A DNA stretch of 64,000 nt from Octopus vulgaris (taxonomy: Eukaryota), in the NCBI GenBank assembly GCA_951406725.2, contig OX597832.1, positions 15,996,001 through 16,060,000 of the forward strand, written 5' to 3'. Shown piece by piece: positions 25,258-39,195 of this stretch (position 1 is its first letter; every line of letters starts with the position of its first letter). The position numbers and the translations under genes were made by a program. The notes below the pieces were generated by a model. The model made no database searches. It saw only the letters and a program-made list of their open reading frames with translations, and was not told the DNA's origin.

Positions 25258-28200
25258 ATGGCTTCGCTTAACCTTGGTTGTTTAAATGTGCGTGGTCTGA
25301 GTTCGAAGTGGAAGCAGGCTTGTTTCCTCGACGACCTCAGATCACATGATATACATGTGATGGTTGCTACATAGACCAAGCTGGACAGCCTACAAACCTT
25401 CTCGCCTCTCCTGAATGGCTACGAGAAAATCATGTCTCCTGGCCAGACCGGAGGGCGAGGGGGCGTAGTGGTACTGATCCGTAAAGACTTGGCTCTACAG
25501 ACAAGTACAGTCTATGTAGACCCAGAAGGTGGGCTGGTCGTCCTTGATATGACATACAGCAGTAAGGCCTTCAGGTTGATGGGACTCTATGCACCTTGTG
25601 CTAGAGGTTTCCAAACTGATTTTTATCGGCGCCTAGAGGGCTTTCTCGTGACGTCGAAGAATTTAGTGATATTAGGGGACTTTAATGCTATCGTTGACGT
25701 ACACATCGATAGCGTTGGCTCGATCTATAGGAAAGTGAACTCACGTCTCGTGGATCTGCTTAAGCGGTTTCAGCTAGCAGATCGTGGACCTGGATGAGTG
25801 GCGACGGAAGGTTCAAGTCTTATCTAGACAGGATAGTGATAAGAACTAGAGATAAGTCTAGTTTTAGTTGTCCACAGCTCGTCCAGGTGCCCTATACTGA
25901 CCAGAGAATGGTCACGTGTAGACTGGACATAGATAGCACACGTAAGATAGGAACCGGCTACTGGAAGCTGAACAAGTCTATTTTGACACGCGAGGCATAC
26001 CGTAGCCGGATTAAGGTGTTAGTGCAGAGGGCGTTAACCAGAGCCGTGGTTAATAACCGGTGGTGGTTCACCCTCAAAAGAGCCATTCGATTCGAGTCCA
26101 TTAGATTTAGTAAACAACTAAGACTAGATAGGGCTAGAATAGAAGGGCAACTAGTTAAGAACTTAGAGGAGGCGTTGAGGTTGGGCTCTGCATCTCACAT
26201 TTTAGCGGCGAGAACGGCATTAGACCGTCACCTCAAAACCAAACATGAGGGATGTAGAGTCCGGGCTAAAGTACGAGCATTGGGCCGTGAGGGAATTAAT
26301 GTTGCCGGATGGGCCCGTACGATAGAAACACAGCGTTGAAACGATGCCACAATTGGGTCTCTTGTTGATGAAAACGGATGCACGATCAAGAAGCGGGACG
26401 AGATGTGTGAGGTACTTCACAAGCACTTCGCCGAGTTGTTCGGGAGGTGCGGGACGCTGGATCATGGCGAGGCCCTTAGGGACTTCCTGTCTGGTGGCCC
26501 GCGCCTCTCGACACGAGAGGCTGAATGCTGTGAAGGGCCAATCACAGCCGAGGAAGTAATCGAGGTGTTGGGCAAGTGCCCCGGGGAGAAGTCGCCGGGT
26601 CTCGATGGTCTGCCCTTTGAATTTTATAGAAGTATGCCAGACTTGTTCGGGCACCTGCTGGCTAGCGTCTACGCCAACTGGCAGCAGAATGGGAGAATTC
26701 CCAAGTCTGCGAGCCGGGGGGCGGTGACGTTGATCAGGAAGGACCCGAACAAGGGGGACGAGATAGGGAACTTCAGGCCCATAACTCTGTTAAACACAGA
26801 GTTAAAGATTCTGGCCAAGGTGCTAGCAAAAAGGTTGGCGCGGGTCGTGGACAAACTTGTCGGGGAAGCGCAAACGTTCGCTATCCCCGGCAGAACGATC
26901 CATGACAATCTCCACCTTATACGCTACTCCTTAGAGAGGGTGGGGAAGCTTTCTGGCGCAGGGGGAGCACTGGTACATTTAGACCAGTCCAAAGCATTTG
27001 ATAGGGTCGACCATCGGTACCTGGCGGCGGTCCTCGGAGAGACTGGCCTAGGCCCGACCTTTCGAGGTTGGATCGCTGCTTTGTATAGCGACGTCGAGTC
27101 TGTAGTCAAAGTGAACGGTTCCTTTTCGAAGCCGTTCAGGATCGAGCGTTCAATTCGTCAAGGGTGTCCCCCGTCCTCGCTCCTATAGGTATTGGCTCTT
27201 GAGCCTTTGCTGCGGAAGTTGGAGGCACTAGGGGCGCGCCGCATGATCTATGGTGTGGAAGAGGAGCTACGGCGTATGCGGATGACACCTCCATCATCGT
27301 GGCAGACGAAGGCCAGCTTCCAGTGGTGGAAGAGGCCATCAAAAGCTACGAGGCGGTGGCAGGAGCAAAGGTTAACAAGGACAAGTCGGTCGGTTTGCAA
27401 CTCGGCACCTGGAGGGGCAAGCCGATGCCGTCCAATAACGTCGTAGGGCGTTGGACGGAAGGTCCTGTTAAGCTGCTCGGAGTCTGGTTCGGGCCAGACC
27501 TCCAGATTGAGAAAAATTGGAGTGAGGTGGCCAACAAGGTGACCGCTCTAACCCAGACCTGGTCTGGGCGGGCGTTATCCCTGCTAGGGAAGGCGGAGGT
27601 GGTGCATATGTTTATAGCATCAGTAATCACCTACCGTCTGACCGTGGTGCCTTGCCCCGATTTGTGGCTGAACAAGTTGGAGATAATCCTTTTCCGATTT
27701 TTGTGGAAAGGAGGAAAGCCACTTGTAAAGCGCTCATTCTGCTGCCAGAAACCGCTAAAGGGTGGGCTAGGGATGCCTTGGCTGAGGATGCGAAAACTCG
27801 CGTTAAGGTTGAGGCACCTCTGGCTTTACCTGGATGGAGAGCAGGTGTGGTCGCCGCACGTCCGGTTCTACCTTCCCCAGTTAACATCCCTAACGGACAT
27901 CGGTGCATGGATCAAGCGGAGACCTAAACTGAGTGAATGGCATTTGGAGTGCCGTCAGGCGCTCCAGCTACTATCTCGGGTGGGCAACGCCGGCAACAGG
28001 AGTTCCACCACGCATTTCTATAGCGGGTTAGTGGAGATTAAGTCCGAAGACGCCTTGGGGGAGACCCTGGGCTACGATGAAAATCAGTTGGTCAACCTGT
28101 TCCGGAGGACGTTCGGGCCGGGGTATCTGGATAATTACCAGAAATCCCTGGCCTGGCAGTGTTTCCGTGCGGCTATACCTGTTCGCGACAAGCTGTCAAG

Positions 28201-28627
28201 GCACGGTAGTGCCGTCTCGCCGACATGCCCGCGATGTGAGCAGGATAGGGAGACCGTCTTGCACGCATTCGGGGAGTGTCCGGAGTTATCGGGACTGATA
28301 GCTTTTGTTGAACAACTGTTGTCAGTGATGGGAAGAGTACAGCTATCAGCTGAGTCAATCATCGAGACTGTGCCGCCCCCTTTCCTTAACAGGGAAAGAA
28401 AGGCTTGTTTTTTCTGTGTAGTAGCCATACTGAAAGAAACAGTATGGAAGACGCGTACGAAAGGTATAGTGACAGGCACCTTTGTATCCGGCCAGGGGTT
28501 GATTAACTTTTTTAATTACCACCTCAGTAGCAAAATCAGGCTGGAGAAGAGGTGTCTGTCACGAGATATGTTTGCGAAAAGATGGAAGCCTGTGGCATAC
28601 AAGATGGGTATGTTTGGCACCAGGTAA
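25258..28627 (+). pseudogene. LINE ORF2 (APE endonuclease + reverse transcriptase + C-terminal zinc finger), disrupted
   Basis: MASLNLGCLNVRGL, LYAP, ILGDFN, YLDRI, WKLN, KSPGLDGLPFEFY, NFRPITLLN, LDQSKAFDRVDH, SIRQGCP, AYADD (~27272-27286), GGLGMP, CPRCEQDRETVLHAFGEC; stops near 25372, 26337 and 27186, frameshifts near 25790 and 27240. Confidence 0.92.
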
Positions 28628-28855
28628 GTGTGACCGGATCAGAAAGTAAAGGTTCTACCCGGATGGCTGGGTGTCCGTCCTTCGACATGATCATTAATTT
28701 TTTTAAACATTGCCTTCGTAAAATTCATTGTTTATAATCTTATCCGTAATTTCATTCGAAAATTGTAACTGTGTTAAGCTACTTCACCCTTTATATTTGT
28801 CTGTCCTTGTTTGTCCCCTCTTTGTAAATGCCTAAATTGCAAATTATATGAAATA

Positions 28856-29237
28856 AAGTAGCTTGCTTACCAAGCAAATGGTTCAGGGTTCAGTCCCACT
28901 GAGTGGCACATTAGGCAAGTGTTTTCTACTATGGCCTCGGATCAACCGGAGCCTTTTGACTGGATTTGGTAGACGGAAACTGGAAGAAGCCCATCGTATA
29001 TAAGTATATGTATATATATATATGGATATGTATGTATATGTTTTTGTATGTGTCCTCCCAACGTTGCTTGACAACCGATGCTGGTGTGTTTCCGTACCCG
29101 TAAATTAGCGCTTCGGCGAAAAGACCCGATAGAATAAATACTAGGCTTACTAAGAATAAGACATGGGGTCGATTTGCTCGACTAAAGGCGTTGCTCCAGC
29201 ATGGCCACAGTCAAATGACTGAAATAAGTAAAAGAGT

Positions 29238-29268
<31 letters not shown>
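28856..29268 (+). mobile_element. Remainder of the interrupted tRNA-derived SINE, with (GA)n tail
   Basis: aagtagcttgcttacc...ggttcagtcccactg (B-box)...ggtagacggaaactg...gactgaaataagtaaaaga; homologous to 40583-41175. Confidence 0.9.
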
Positions 29269-29275
<7 letters not shown>

Positions 29276-29599
29276 ATACATATTTCAGGAATGGCCATTT
29301 TTATTACTAGAACTTATGAACAGGGATAATCGAGTAAAATCAACTACAAATGCTGAATAAGTAAGCTGATATTTCTGCTACATACTATTTCTTCTAAAGA
29401 TGCTTCGAATGAAACAAAATTATAAAGGTCAAGATACAATAAATACAAGAAATGACTTCTGTCATAGATATGAAAACAAGATGTTTGGCATTATGCAAAA
29501 TTGTAGGGATAATCTACAAGTAATGAAATTGTAGTAGCCTAGCCAATTTTCTTCGCTATATGTTCCAAGTAATACCTCAATATGTTTACAAACACATAA

Positions 29600-30330
29600 A
29601 ATTTGTTGATGAAAAAGGGCTGCAATTATTTTGGTTGGAATGCTAGCAAGAATCGAAATTGCAAAAGGAAAAATGATATATGCCTTGTTCTAAGGTAGCT
29701 AAAGCTGAGAAAATGTTATATTTGGATGGGAAGCAACTGAAGAATGCAAGTTAATACCCATCGTTATGCTTGATGCTGTAAATCAAAGATCATCGAACAC
29801 TCATTTAATAGCTGCAAGTTAACACTCATACAAAGATTTCCGACCACACTGTTTCAAAATGTCTCTTATATTACATTGTCACATTAACTCCTTGTATAGC
29901 CCCTGGATAATTTGGTTACAAAACCTGCTGTCGATGATTAAATGCGGTTAAGAATCTGAGAATTAGTCTCTCAGTAGACTGCATATCAATATCAGAGAAT
30001 AATGTGTTTATGCTTTTTCTATTGCTCTGGGGGCTTGGCCAACTATTATTCAAATGTATTTTTTGGCTCTCGAAGTGTAAAATGCAGAAATATGCAATTT
30101 TAACCACCGATTATGACAACCGTCAAATGTATGCTGGTTTATATATACTGGCTTTATTTTCTATTCATTGTGGAAGGGAAGCGGGGATTGTATTTTGGGG
30201 ATTGACGAAGCAAAAAATATCAAGAAAACAAATTAAGGGGAAAACAAAAAATACAGGATCTTCGTTTTTTCCACACATGGGATCAGAAGAAAATGTTTAC
30301 CTCCGTATATTTTTCCTGCAAATATAATAT
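29600..30330 (+). pseudogene. Possible rhodopsin-type GPCR pseudogene
   Basis: Broken frames in TM order: AAIILVGMLA; SCKLTLIQRFPTTLFQNVSYITL..IA/LD; VYAFSIALGAWP; KC...YAGLYILALFSI. Confidence 0.3.
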
Positions 30331-31299
30331 AAATTAAAATGAGCATAGGCCTGGAGAATAACAAAAACAGAAACGATAGTTAGCAATGTTGCAAATTAAT
30401 GTTCTGCATTCTGTAAGAAAAGATGAGTACGATGAGTCACGTGAGAGACAATTGAAAAGAAAGCTACTTGCTTGAAAGATGCAAATCTCGTATATCTTCT
30501 ATGCAGCATACTTAAGAAGGTATACCAAATATTTACACCCATTTAAATATATTGTTAATATTTTTTTGTTCGTTCAACATCTTGAAAGGCGTAGTAAAGT
30601 CCTGAACGATTTTAAAAATTCGCACGCCATCTATAGTGAAACTAGCGAAGGATATTTATACAAAAACACACTACTTTCGCCCAGACAAGCATGAGCGCAC
30701 ATATCCATCTATATGTGACCATATATTTGATAAGGACTTTGTGTACATATATATGTGTGCCTGTGTGTGTATGTGTGCGCCTGTGTGCGCGCGCGTGTAT
30801 GCGTGTGTGTGTGCCTCTATGTATATGCACACCCCCGAGCTTTTCTCTTATATATATATATGCGTGTATGTGTATGTGTGTGTGCGTACACGCGCATTCT
30901 TACTTATTCAGTCAAATAACATTTTTTTGAGAAAAGCGCCCTCACATATAATCTCTTCCGATACATATTACATCAATAATGAATTTAGTATAAAACAATT
31001 ATATGAAATAAATCTAATGCAACCTACAATAGAACATCTGCGGTGTTTCTATTGTTGCCAAAACTATCGAATAAATATCTTTCCTTACGCAGAGTAAAGA
31101 AAGTATTTTAACAATTATGATGATTAATGTTACGTTTATATGTTCGTTTATCTAGATTCTTGATGTGTATTCTTGTGTTGAAACAGATATAATAAACCAA
31201 AGCATATGTCATTTATCTCATTGTTTTTCAGTTAAAATATGTTTTCAAAATTTTTAGTCGCCATTTTAGTTCCAGGCTTTAGATTTTTATTCTTCCTCA

Positions 31300-31997
31300 C
31301 TTGTCATTCGTCTCAGTCATGTGCATTGATGTTAACAACATCTCAATCCAACAAAACCAAGTCCGGAATGTCGTTATCGCTTTTACATGCGTATTACCTT
31401 CCACCGAATCAAGACGTATCATCTTCTCTTCTATCATTTCCATCCGACACTGCATCTTCTGTGACCGAGATCTTCTTACAAACATACAGTATTCACAGAT
31501 GCTTTGTCCACTGACACTCCTTCACCACATTCCGTTCTCCTCCAGGATCTTTTCCCTACTCCATTCTCGATCCCAACCCGACTCTCATATACGCTCCGAT
31601 ATTGCATCCATAAGTGTACTTTTGTTGGACAACTGCAATAAGTTATCCCACTCGCGATAGTCCACCTCTTTCCCCCTAATATCTCTTGAACTTTAGCAGG
31701 CTTATAAATCCGAGATCAGGCGTCAGTCGTCTCTAGGTGAAACGGTATAAGCATTTCTCTTCATATATATACGCCATTCGATCAAAATTCTCGACCTCAA
31801 TATTATTAAACACATCTTTCTCCCCGCACCACACCACATCAGAATATTCCCCTATCGTTCTGTCTTGACTCATTTCACCCCTTTTTAATCTTTATCATGC
31901 GCTTATGTTTTTTTTTTGCTTTTTTGTTTTGGTGTTTTGTGTTCCCAATGTTTTGTATTGTCCCATTCTGTGTATATCCTCTTGTGGGTAATAAAAC
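31300..31997 (+). mobile_element. Old L1/Tx1-type 3' fragment
   Basis: CIFCDRDLLTNIQYSQMLCP resembles the ORF2 C-terminal knuckle; the 3' end ttgtcccattctgtgtatatcctcttgtgggtaataaa resembles the tails at 28796-28855 and 63947-64000. Confidence 0.55.
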
Positions 31998-32952
31998 GTC
32001 AAGTTCTGTCTTACTTTCTCCTGCAAGAATTCTCTCGACAACCATAATCACATTCAAGCCGTCATCTACCAGCACATCGCACCCACAAACACATACCTTC
32101 GACACACAAGCTAACTCTATTCACTCTGCGCATTCTCTCTCTCTCTTTCTCTCTAGCACTATCTCTGTCGCTCTCTCTCTCTCTCTCTCTGTCGCTCTCC
32201 CTCTCGTACACATACAAAGTATATATCAACCGATCTACCGTGATACATTTCACATTATTTTTAATTTTCTTAATCGAAACATAAACTTAGCAAATTCTTT
32301 GACTTACTGCTAAAACTTCTAAAATACACAAAAAGATTTTATAACATACACCTAATAAACAACCATCATAAAATATTTAAAAGTGATACCATCATTTGAT
32401 GATATAGTAAATCTTTATACTACCATCCCATATATGTACAGTCTGGAGGCTGTAATAAGAATATAGAAACCAGTATCTATTACAACACAACAAATTCCAG
32501 ACATTACCAATTATTTCCACATGCTACACTAAACGTACCAAAAAAAAAAAATATCTCATTTACCTAGCAGGAAGAATCCGAACAATTTTCTCTCATCTGG
32601 TAATTCAGAATAAAAATTCCATGGATTGAATCAGGCATAACTTGAAAGAGCGTACTGTGTAACCTTATTGAGAATGGAATGGAACGTGCCAAAGTAGCAG
32701 GTATTGATGAATTACGAAATGCTAAAAAGAAGTTTAGATACACCCACAAGTCAATATCTGATTACAACAAACACGTACACAAGCACAGACATACACACTA
32801 ATTAGCAAAGCCACTCGCTCAGAAACATGGGCATGCAGACACGCATGCGCATATGCAAACAAGAAACAGAGAAAAAGAGAAAAGATCAAAGATGGAAAAA
32901 TGTCAGTTGTCTCTTCCGCATTCATATCATTGACTTCTGTTTCACGTCCACT

Positions 32953-33640
32953 TTCTTCTTCTTCTTCTTCTTCTTCTTCTTCTTCTTCTTCTTCTTCTTC
33001 TTCTTCTTCTTCTTCTTCTTCTTCTTCTTCTTCTTCTTCTTCTTCTCTTCTTCTTCTTCTTCTTCGCCTTATTATTCTCCTCTTCTTCTTCTTCTTCTTT
33101 TCCTTCTCCTTCTTCTTCATCTCCTTCTTCTTCGTCCTCTCCTTCTTCTTCGTCTTCTCCTTCTATTTCTTCAACTTCTTCTTGTTCTCCTCCTCCTTCT
33201 TTTCCTCCTCCTCCTTTTCCTCCTCCTCCTCACCTCTATTTCTTCTCCCATCCTCCTCCTCCTTCTTCGTCTACTTATCCTTCTACTACCTCATCTTCCC
33301 ATCCTCCTCGTCTTCCTCCTCCTTTTTCTTCTTCTTCTTTTTCTTATTCTTCTTCTTCCTCTTCTCCTTCTGCTCCCCCTTCTTTTTCATCTTCTACTTC
33401 TACTTCTTCTTCTACCCCTCCTCTAATCCTCCCCTCCTTCCACATCGTCTCCTTCATCTTCATCTTCTTCCTCACCATCTTCCACTTCATCGTCTTCCAA
33501 TTCATCTCCTTCCTCTTCATCTCCTTCCTGTTCCCCTCCCTCTACTTCCTCTCCTTCTCTTTCTCTTTCTCTTCCTCCTTCTCTTTCTCTTCCTCCTTCT
33601 TCTCCTTCATGGCCATGATAATCATCATCATCATCATCAA
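32953..33640. repeat. (TTC)n and degenerate polypyrimidine low-complexity tract
   Basis: Direct observation. Confidence 0.95.
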
Positions 33641-34201
33641 GATCTCAAGCATATTTTGAAATGAATTGGTATTGACATTGTCCTCTCCGTCATTTTACAG
33701 ATTCATTTTCCTGTTACCTCCCGTTAGAGGCAGAGCAGAGCGCTTGGCAAGAACGCAACGTAAGAGCGCAAATTTGATGAAACACTAACGGATTGCATCG
33801 TAGATGTTTCAAATCACAAATATTACGTATCACGTACGCAATAAATATCGATGAATATGCTGAAATTTAATATTTACTTCTCAAAAAAGTTTGTATTGAT
33901 TTTAAGCTGGATTACCGTACCTACTGTCATTGAGATTGCTTGCGTCCTAAATATTTTGTCGTATAAGAATAAATAGAATACCTCTGAAAAATGTTGGAAA
34001 TATCTTAGCAATTATTTTGATGAAAGGTGAATAAATACCTGAAAGCAATTTGGCCTCTGCTCTGACAATATGGAAACGACATATATTTCCATATTTGTCA
34101 TTTTCAAGGAAGGCATAAGAGGAGAAATAACTACTGTAAAACTAGGAATCATATGAAAAGGAAAGAAAATGAATTCATCGGGATGAAATTAAAGAGAAAC
34201 T

Positions 34202-34400
<199 letters not shown>

Positions 34401-34952
34401 GGTATATGCATACATATATATATGTATCCATATCTCTGCTACGGTATTCATATCCCTTAAAATCGATAACTGTGTACAACATGCAAAATGAGATATTCAC
34501 ACTTGCATTAATCTTATAATGTACTATATTGCATGTTGTACATTGCTTCTTGTTTCTAAGTAATTTGACTGTTATCCGCCTCATGTTATCAACTGCCACT
34601 GACATGTGATTTATTAGGGAATTTTCTTGGAAACATTCGTGCGAATCTTTACACGATCGACTATATTTTCCTTCAGGAAGTATATTTCATGCTCTAATCT
34701 ATTGCATGTCTTGCATGAGATGCTGTTGCTACATCAAGTCATATACATCAAAATATTCGCTTGAAAACGAATTAAATTGACACCACATCGTGATATGAAG
34801 ATATATAAACTATTGCTACGCACGGAAGATATTACGTGGTTATTTTATTCGGTCTGGTTAAAAATTACTCCACCAGAGTTTAAGTACTAAAACAAGTGGA
34901 AAATTGTAAGTATGCATCCAATATACACATCACGACACACACACACACACAA

Positions 34953-34998
<46 letters not shown>

Positions 34999-35129
34999 AG
35001 AGAGAGAAAGAGAAAGAAAGAAAAATAAAAGATGAAAAACAGAAGATTTGTTTTACAGGATTTAAAAGTATATTAGAGCCATGATATATAAAGATATTAC
35101 ACAATTTGGTACAAGATAAGATTATGTGC

Positions 35130-36015
35130 CTTCAACAAAATTGAAATGAGGACTGGTTTCCCATTGCTCATCAAACTGAGACGTAAAAAATGTAAATTGC
35201 TGGTGTGGGGGCAATATTGCTAGGAGAGATAATTGTTAACTCATTTATTTTGCAGTAAATTAGAGGTAATTCAATAAGTTTCAATTTTATTTATTTTTTC
35301 TCTTTTATGTGGTCACTACTTTATTCTGGGTTATATATTGTATTAGGTGGGGTAAGTACTTTCTTTTTAATACGGGTCCATATTTAATTCTGGTTATATA
35401 TTTTGGGCTAAATGAAACTTCTTTATTCATTTTTACTTGTGTTGATGTCCAGTCGTTCTGCACATTCGTCAATGTGTTGATGGAGGTATATTTGGCGATA
35501 TTATGGAGAGGAAATTTCTTGTCTGTGGACTGTACATCTCTTTCGGATCGAATTTCCAGTTGAACCAATATAGTTCCGATGGCAGCCCGAGCATCTGATT
35601 ACGCAAATGACTTTTTAGGAGGTGCAAGTAAAGATTTGATTTTGAATATTTGTCCTTGTCTGAAATGGACTTCCGATCCTTCTAATAGATTAGGATACGA
35701 TCGGCGATTATTGCGACCATACTGCGTCAATTATTCTAAAGAATAGACTGGCATGGGTGTGAATAGTCTTCAATGTCTAAGGCTGTTTGCTGTTCTTAAT
35801 GATTTTAAGGTTACGTAGAATTTGGACTATTTTTTGATATGTCTTATTATGAATCGATTTTGCACGTTTAATTCCTTCATTTTTGCGTTGAGTCGGGTAG
35901 TGCCTATCCTACATTTTGAAGATCTCCCGATCTTGTTTTCGGATACTATTGTGTATAACCGTCTTGCAAAGTTGAAGGGGATAAATAATAGATATTGCCT
36001 AGCTTCCGTGGTCTA
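35130..36015 (-). mobile_element. Penelope-like retroelement 3' fragment (GIY-YIG endonuclease)
   Basis: Minus strand KVICVIRCSGCHRNYIGSTGNSIRKRCTVHRQEI at ~35515-35615, preceded by YPNLLEGSEVHFRQGQIFKIKS. Confidence 0.85.
35146..35180 (-). ncRNA. Degenerate Penelope-type minimal hammerhead ribozyme
   Basis: Minus strand ctcagt-TTGATGA-gcaatgg-GAAA-ccag-TC-ctcat, located downstream of the GIY-YIG remnant; the core C and both stems carry mismatches. Confidence 0.45.
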
Positions 36016-36039
36016 GTAAAACATTTCTGCTTCCATAAA

Positions 36040-36450
36040 TAAAAGAAAGAAACGATCAAAAACGATTAATATTAAAACATTAAAAAGAGCCAAACACATC
36101 ATCATATTTAACCTCAAAGCACTACTTTATATCACCGTAAACAACCACACAGACAAAGAGATATTCAAAATCATCGTTCAAAATTCTCCAATACTCCATA
36201 GAATAACTATTCGTAACCATAAAGTCATTTACAGCAGCAAACACCATTAGACATTGAAGAAGATTCTCACCTCTGCCAAAATATTCTCTAGAAACAACGG
36301 ACGCAAAGTGTGGTCACCCTAATTTTAGAACATATCCCAATCTGTTGGAAGGAACGAAGTTCCGTTTCAGAAAAGGAAAATATTTAAAATCAAATCTAAC
36401 ATCACTTACGTTACCTAAAACGTCATTAACGGAATCTGATGCTCGCTAGC
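36040..36450 (+). mobile_element. Second Penelope-like fragment in inverted orientation
   Basis: 36330-36400 aligns to the reverse complement of 35635-35700 (cc(c/t)aatct(g/a)tt(g/a)gaagga..ttcaga(a/c)aagga(a/c)aaatatt(t/c)aaaatcaaatct). Confidence 0.75.
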
Positions 36451-36485
36451 GAAAAAATATAGGGTCAACAGGAAATTCGAACCGA

Positions 36486-36549
<64 letters not shown>

Positions 36550-36567
36550 GAGTATATATACATACAG

Positions 36568-36608
<41 letters not shown>

Positions 36609-36685
36609 CGTGTGCGCGCGTGTATGTGTGCATACATACATATCTATATCTATATATATCTATCTATATATATATATTATGTATA

Positions 36686-36745
<60 letters not shown>

Positions 36746-36794
36746 TAGATAGATAGATAGATAGAAATATATAGATAGATAGATAGATAAATAC

Positions 36795-36825
<31 letters not shown>

Positions 36826-36876
36826 TATAGATGGATAAATAGACAGACAGATAGATAGATAGATATATAGCTAGAT

Positions 36877-36940
<64 letters not shown>

Positions 36941-36944
36941 AGAC

Positions 36945-37033
<89 letters not shown>

Positions 37034-37060
37034 TATAGATAGCTAGATAGATAGATAGAT
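36486..37060. repeat. Compound (TA)n/(TG)n/(GA)n/(GATA)n microsatellites
   Basis: Direct observation. Confidence 0.95.
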
Positions 37061-37061
37061 A

Positions 37062-37420
37062 ATTGTCGTTGGCATCCTTCTATCTCAGCAGACAATGGAG
37101 TTGCGCATAAACTTATGCAATCTGGCTTTTACATTTCATGTCTTCTCCAGTCTCCTTTCCAGTTTTGCGCAGGTATGGGCTAGATGTAAGAAAATCCTTT
37201 CTCTCTTTCTGGACGTCCGTGAAGTTGCACATTATTTCAACTCTCTTACATTCTCTCGTTAAATATTCCCTCTTTCGTTGCACACTATTAAACATTTCCT
37301 TTCTAGTTCTTTCTGGACGTCCGGCAAGTTTTACGCTATTTAGACTTCCATACATTCTCTCCTTAAACATTCTTTCTCTCTCCCGCTCTCTTTGGACGTA
37401 ACGAGATTCATATATTTCGA
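37062..37420 (-). mobile_element. RTE-type LINE 3' fragment
   Basis: YVQR...KERMYGSLNSVKLAGRPERT (post-RT GRP motif); 3' end gaaggatgccaacgacaa runs into a microsatellite. Confidence 0.55.
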
Positions 37421-38752
37421 TTTTTTTGCACCTACGTAAAATACACTATTTTAGAGTAATCTACGAAAATGTTCTGTCTTTCTTTCTCCTACCCCATTAT
37501 AGACCGACCACCTTATTTCTCTCCTACACATAACGACACCACGTGTTTCAGACTCCTATCTCATAATCTATCTCTCATTGAACTTTCCTTTCTCTATCTC
37601 TTCGTATCACATTATTTTCAGTATCACATTATTTTCTTTATCCGTCATGCAGCTGCATTAGGTAAGATGAATAGACTACTATCTTAAATATATCCTGCGT
37701 CGACAACACAAATGTTAATTCATTAGATGGTCGGGACTCTTACTGTAAAGTCAGTTATCATCTCAGCATGCGTTTGAGGATAGGTACTTGCTTCTGAAAA
37801 ATGAGTGTATTAGAGAAATATGAGAGTTTTAGAAAACCCTGAAAAACTTGAAAATATAGAGTATAAGGGAAATTGAAATGGAGTTGTACGATCTGACAGT
37901 ACATTGAATTTGGTATAAATATGAATAAAGCTTTTTTGGTTTTTTTTTATGAAGGCAACATCTTGACCACTACCTCTTCTGAAGCTTAGAAAATTTAATT
38001 TCTAATTTACTGTTTATATTTGAAGTAAATAATGTATAAACATAGGGCACTACTTGGACATATATAAATTATTTCTGTGTTATCGTTGCGCGCACGTACA
38101 AGTAGTTACAATTTACAATATAAAAGAAACAAAAATTAATGTGCTGACATTAATATATTTCAAACTTCATAGCTTTGTTAATGAAAATAGTAAATAAATT
38201 CGCACATTTAAACGGAGGCCATTATATAGCATGAAATTATAAGTATATATATATATAATGAAAACAAAACTGCGTAAGCAGAGATACGTACATTAGAGTA
38301 ATCATTTAATACGGATAATCTTCCAGCTATGTTTCTTTTACAATTAGTCACACTGCCTCACTTTTACACAATCTGCTTTTCGTCTGTCTCTCACAATTAT
38401 ATATTATTATGCTCTTAGTGTGGGAATGCCTCAGCTTATGCAGACAGAATACGACATAAATGCACATATGCATAATAAAGTAGTGTTGCGTTCATATATA
38501 AGTTGCTTTCATTGTTTCGTTTGAAAGTAAAAATCTAATTTCACATTTTTAAAAGATAATTACAATATGACAAATTGAAGCGCTTAGAGGTAGCAGCCAT
38601 TTATTATGATATGTCATTTACGTTCAACTACTGAACTATATATAAGCTTATATATTTCACAGCCACGCATGTTTGATTTTCCTGTGGTGTTTTCTTATAT
38701 GCTTATCAGTATGAATATGTGCATATGCATATATACATAGACACACATACAT

Positions 38753-38822
<70 letters not shown>

Positions 38823-39129
38823 ATCTATATAACGTATTTATATCTCCCTTTATATATATGCAAGTCTATAAACATAAACATCAATTTGTCAGTTTATAGT
38901 AGATATTTCGATATATTTAGCATTAACATGTAACTATGATGTAAATCAAATATTTTTCTTGACCAATCGACAGGAAAATCGCTTGTAAATATATGACCGT
39001 TGAAAATATTAATACTAAATAATACTGGCTTCTTCTATTCTCATTAAAGCATCTGTCACATTGTCTGGTATTTGAATTTGTAAGGGACCAAAATAGATTA
39101 CATTAATATAATTTGCTTTATATTGTTCT

Positions 39130-39195
39130 TATTCTTTATTCTTTATTTTATTCATTTATTTGTTTCAGTCATTTGACTACTGTCATGCTGGAGCC
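39130..39195 (-). mobile_element. SINE 3' tail fragment
   Basis: tgtttcagtcatttgact..catgctggagc is the reverse complement of the SINE tail at 29195-29230. Confidence 0.75.

Larger units (their letters stand above)
23442..28855 (+). mobile_element. Full-length Tx1/L1-type non-LTR retrotransposon (~5.4 kb), mildly decayed
   Basis: 5'UTR, ORF1 with CCHC knuckle, ORF2 APE-RT-zinc finger, 3'UTR ending gaaata; TSD aagtagctt at 23433-23441 and 28856-28864. Confidence 0.93.

Noticed and set aside
23856-28479. Antisense and alternative-frame ORFs within the Tx1 element
   Set aside because: These are shadow ORFs of GC-richer coding sequence with no motifs.
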